NCBI RefSeq assembly: GCF_006345805.1
Contig: NW_021834254.1
Span: 1 to 50,668, forward strand
DNA: 50,668 bases
Source: Octopus sinensis
Taxonomy: Eukaryota
Reading direction: 5' to 3'
The notes under the pieces are model-generated. The model did not search any database, was not told where the DNA came from, and saw only the letters and a list, made by a program, of their open reading frames with translations. A program made the translations under genes and the position numbers. This document shows positions 49,918 through 50,668 of the stretch, in pieces (within the stretch, counting starts at the first letter, position 1; every line of letters begins with the position of its first letter).

Positions 49918-50151
49918 CGAATGAGTTAATTTAACATTATTGGCGATATTCCTATCAATAGTACTAGTATTAGTAGTAGTAGTATCATCTATAGATGAAC
50001 TAATTGATGAACTAATAGATGAACTAATTGCATGTCAATTTTTAACATTTATGTATTAGTCTTGTTGGGTACCTCTCTAGCAGTATATTGGATATATGTT
50101 ATCCCATGGTGGGTTGAATTTTCAACCCCTATCTCATATATATATATGTTT

Positions 50152-50668
50152 CAGCCAGAGCTTTCTACAGGTATGCCAAAGAAATAGCTACAGTGCACTG
50201 TAGAATAGGGCCACTCCTCGAAAAGGATGGCACACTTACAGGAAAACCAATGAGGGTAAGTGAAATACTGAATGAGCAATTCAAGAGTGTTTTCACTCCA
50301 CCCCTTGGGCATCTCCAAATCACCAATCCAACTGACATTTTTACCACTGCAGATATAAAATCAGAGGCGGCGACGATAGATTACATCGATATAAAGGAAG
50401 ACGATTAACCAAAGGCTATAGATGAAATGAAAACAGACTCAGCTACTGGCCCCGATGGATTCCCGGCAATCCTCCCTCCTAAAAGCATTAAGAGAGTCCT
50501 AGCAAGACCACTGCAGTTCCTCTTTCAGAGCTTCCTTGCAGCTGGCAAACTTCCAGGAAAACTGAAGGAAGGTAAAATATGCCCCATTCATAAAGGAGGT
50601 AGCAGAGCGGAAGCCAAGAACTATAGACCTATCTCTCTGACCTCACAACAGCAAAGTCATGGAAACGA
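50152..50668 (+). mobile_element. Second CR1/L2-group LINE fragment (pre-RT linker and RT start), cut by the window end
   Basis: RIGPLLEKDGTLTG..SEILNEQFKSVFT and PIHKGGSRAEAKNYRPISLTS; diverged relative of 1365-1860. Confidence 0.88.

Larger units (their letters stand above)
46806..50137 (-). mobile_element. 5'-truncated Penelope-like element: inverted 3'-end copy, GIY-YIG remnant, long AT-rich 3' region, hammerhead
   Basis: GIY-YIG at 49401-49917, hammerhead at 46980-47090, opposite-strand terminal-type sequence at 50020-50134. Continuity of the 2.3-kb middle is inferred. Confidence 0.6.

Overview
Repeat-dense, AT-rich animal genomic DNA. The SINE, RTE and microsatellite content looks like a coleoid cephalopod such as Octopus; this is recognition of repeat families, not a database result. 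One host gene is supported: three plus-strand exons of a BARD1 orthologue (9011-9067, 12071-12222, 19976-20505) encoding the RING finger, the linker and the first ankyrin repeat, with mutually compatible splice phases. Its first coding exon and the exons after 20505 were not found. The rest is transposon-derived: two CR1-type LINE pieces, a nearly full-length RTE LINE (about 41049-44900, minus strand) plus several decayed copies, a mariner remnant, a hAT-type MITE with an 8-bp TSD, tRNA-derived SINEs and very long (TA)n/(TG)n/(AAT)n tracts. The least obvious signal is a set of Penelope-like retroelement (PLE) remnants. Together they carry about six minimal type I hammerhead-ribozyme motifs, and three show 5'-inverted ends, including an apparently very young 534-bp non-coding ribozyme unit. 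Also notable: a PHD finger embedded inside the RTE reverse transcriptase, a hairpin minisatellite in the RTE 3' UTR, a SINE/CR1 shared 3' stem-loop, and a perfect 90-bp palindrome. Most ORFs in the supplied track are microsatellite artefacts. All alignments and folds were done by eye.
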